Shown in pieces: positions 63,101 to 64,000 of a DNA stretch of 64,000 nucleotides. The position numbers were made by a program, and so were the translations under genes. Source of the DNA: Saccostrea cucullata (Eukaryota); NCBI RefSeq assembly GCF_032062105.1, contig NW_026933012.1:434001-498000 (forward strand). The letters run 5' to 3'. Under the pieces are notes generated by a model that was not told the origin of the DNA, did not search any database, and saw only the letters and a program-made list of their open reading frames with translations. Every line of letters starts with the position of its first letter. The first letter of the stretch is position 1.

Positions 63101-63938
63101 AAGCTTTTCGACCCAAGAATGGTACGGTAGAGTACGGACAAGAGATATAATTTTTTAGTTGTCAATAAATTTATGATACATTTTTACGAAGATTATGAAA
63201 TTTTTCCTAGACTGCAAGTCTGTTTCATTTTCTTACAACTTGTTAAAAGTTTGACAAATAGAGAAAATTCGGTCGAACAAAGTGGTGTCTTGAAAAATGA
63301 GATAATTTAAAGCACAATATTAATATAGCTGGCCTGTGAATTTAAATGATGAAGAAACATTAGTAATTCAATATGAGAAAAAAATGCTGTCAATATTGAT
63401 GCAGTGTTTTATAAATTAATCATAATTTAATTACAATCTCCCTTCTATAAGACAGTTCATAACAGAGTTTTATTATCCCGAAGAACCTAAGTTATCAATT
63501 ACATAGAGTAGAAAATAGTGATTTTAACCTCTTATGATCCCATACTTTCAAAATCAAAACAAAAGCATGTTATTAATTAAATCAGGGGCTTGTTCAACAA
63601 TTGCATATATGCATTTAAAAGTTGTATTATGGGAGTAATGAGTGTTTTCTGGCAATCGTTTGTGACAATAATTTTTACATTTTTAGTCTTCATGAAAATT
63701 CATGAACATTCATTTCCTTGAACTATCAAGTTTTTTCTTTAAACTGAAAATTACCAATATTCATATTTGTTCATCATTTGTTCATGAACTATGAATTATG
63801 AATGTTTTCATGAATTTTATTCATGAACTACATATATGTACTTTTATGAACCTGTTAAGAATCCTTTAAGAACCATTCATGAACAATTATGAACAACTCA
63901 TGAAGGTTCTTAAAATCATGAATATCATTTCGCAGGGG
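60116..63938. mobile_element. 3.8-kb non-autonomous TIR DNA transposon with subterminal repeats (CMC/EnSpm-like organisation)
   Basis: Perfect 15-bp TIRs CCCCTGCGAAATGAT / ATCATTTCGCAGGGG. Dense TTCATGAA/TTCTTGAA motifs at ~60130-60500 and ~63690-63920, and an internal direct repeat of the left terminus near 60325. No transposase ORF and no clear TSD. Confidence 0.8.
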
Positions 63939-64000
63939 TTGTAATGAAAACTGCATTATTCCTGTAACATTATACCCTCCGTAGCCTTTAAAAATGAAAT

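Overview
AT-rich, intron-containing animal genomic DNA with two assembly gaps. The repeat and gene content suggests a bivalve mollusc, probably an oyster (inference). I reconstructed the gene models by hand from GT-AG splice sites and reading-frame phase. (1) Two tandem minus-strand secreted CAP/SCP (CRISP/venom-allergen-like) genes with C-terminal EGF-like and ShKT-like modules. One has about 973 aa with a roughly 620-aa Ser/Gln/Gly/Pro/His-rich N-terminus; the other has about 517 aa, a 12-nt microexon and an intron just after the stop codon. (2) A 7-exon SCO1/SCO2-family copper chaperone gene with upstream ORFs. (3) Three plus-strand family-B (secretin/adhesion/Methuselah-like) 7TM receptor genes, two with somatomedin-B-like Cys-rich ectodomains encoded by one large exon. 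(4) A near-complete Ngaro-type (DIRS order) tyrosine-recombinase retrotransposon with A-B-A-B split direct repeats and gag, RT/RNaseH, YR and SGNH-hydrolase ORFs; its RT is frameshifted and two YR catalytic residues are substituted. (5) Many non-autonomous repeats: MITEs, Helentron-like satellite carriers, Penelope-like and RTE fragments, a tRNA-SINE with a target-site duplication, and a 3.8-kb TIR element. The most unusual observations are a 157-bp palindrome whose loop and mismatches stabilise a hairpin on one strand only, a possible gag-to-SGNH splice in the Ngaro element, and a possible GPI-like tail in frame behind the CAP gene 2 stop codon. No database searches were possible, so family names rest on motif recognition.
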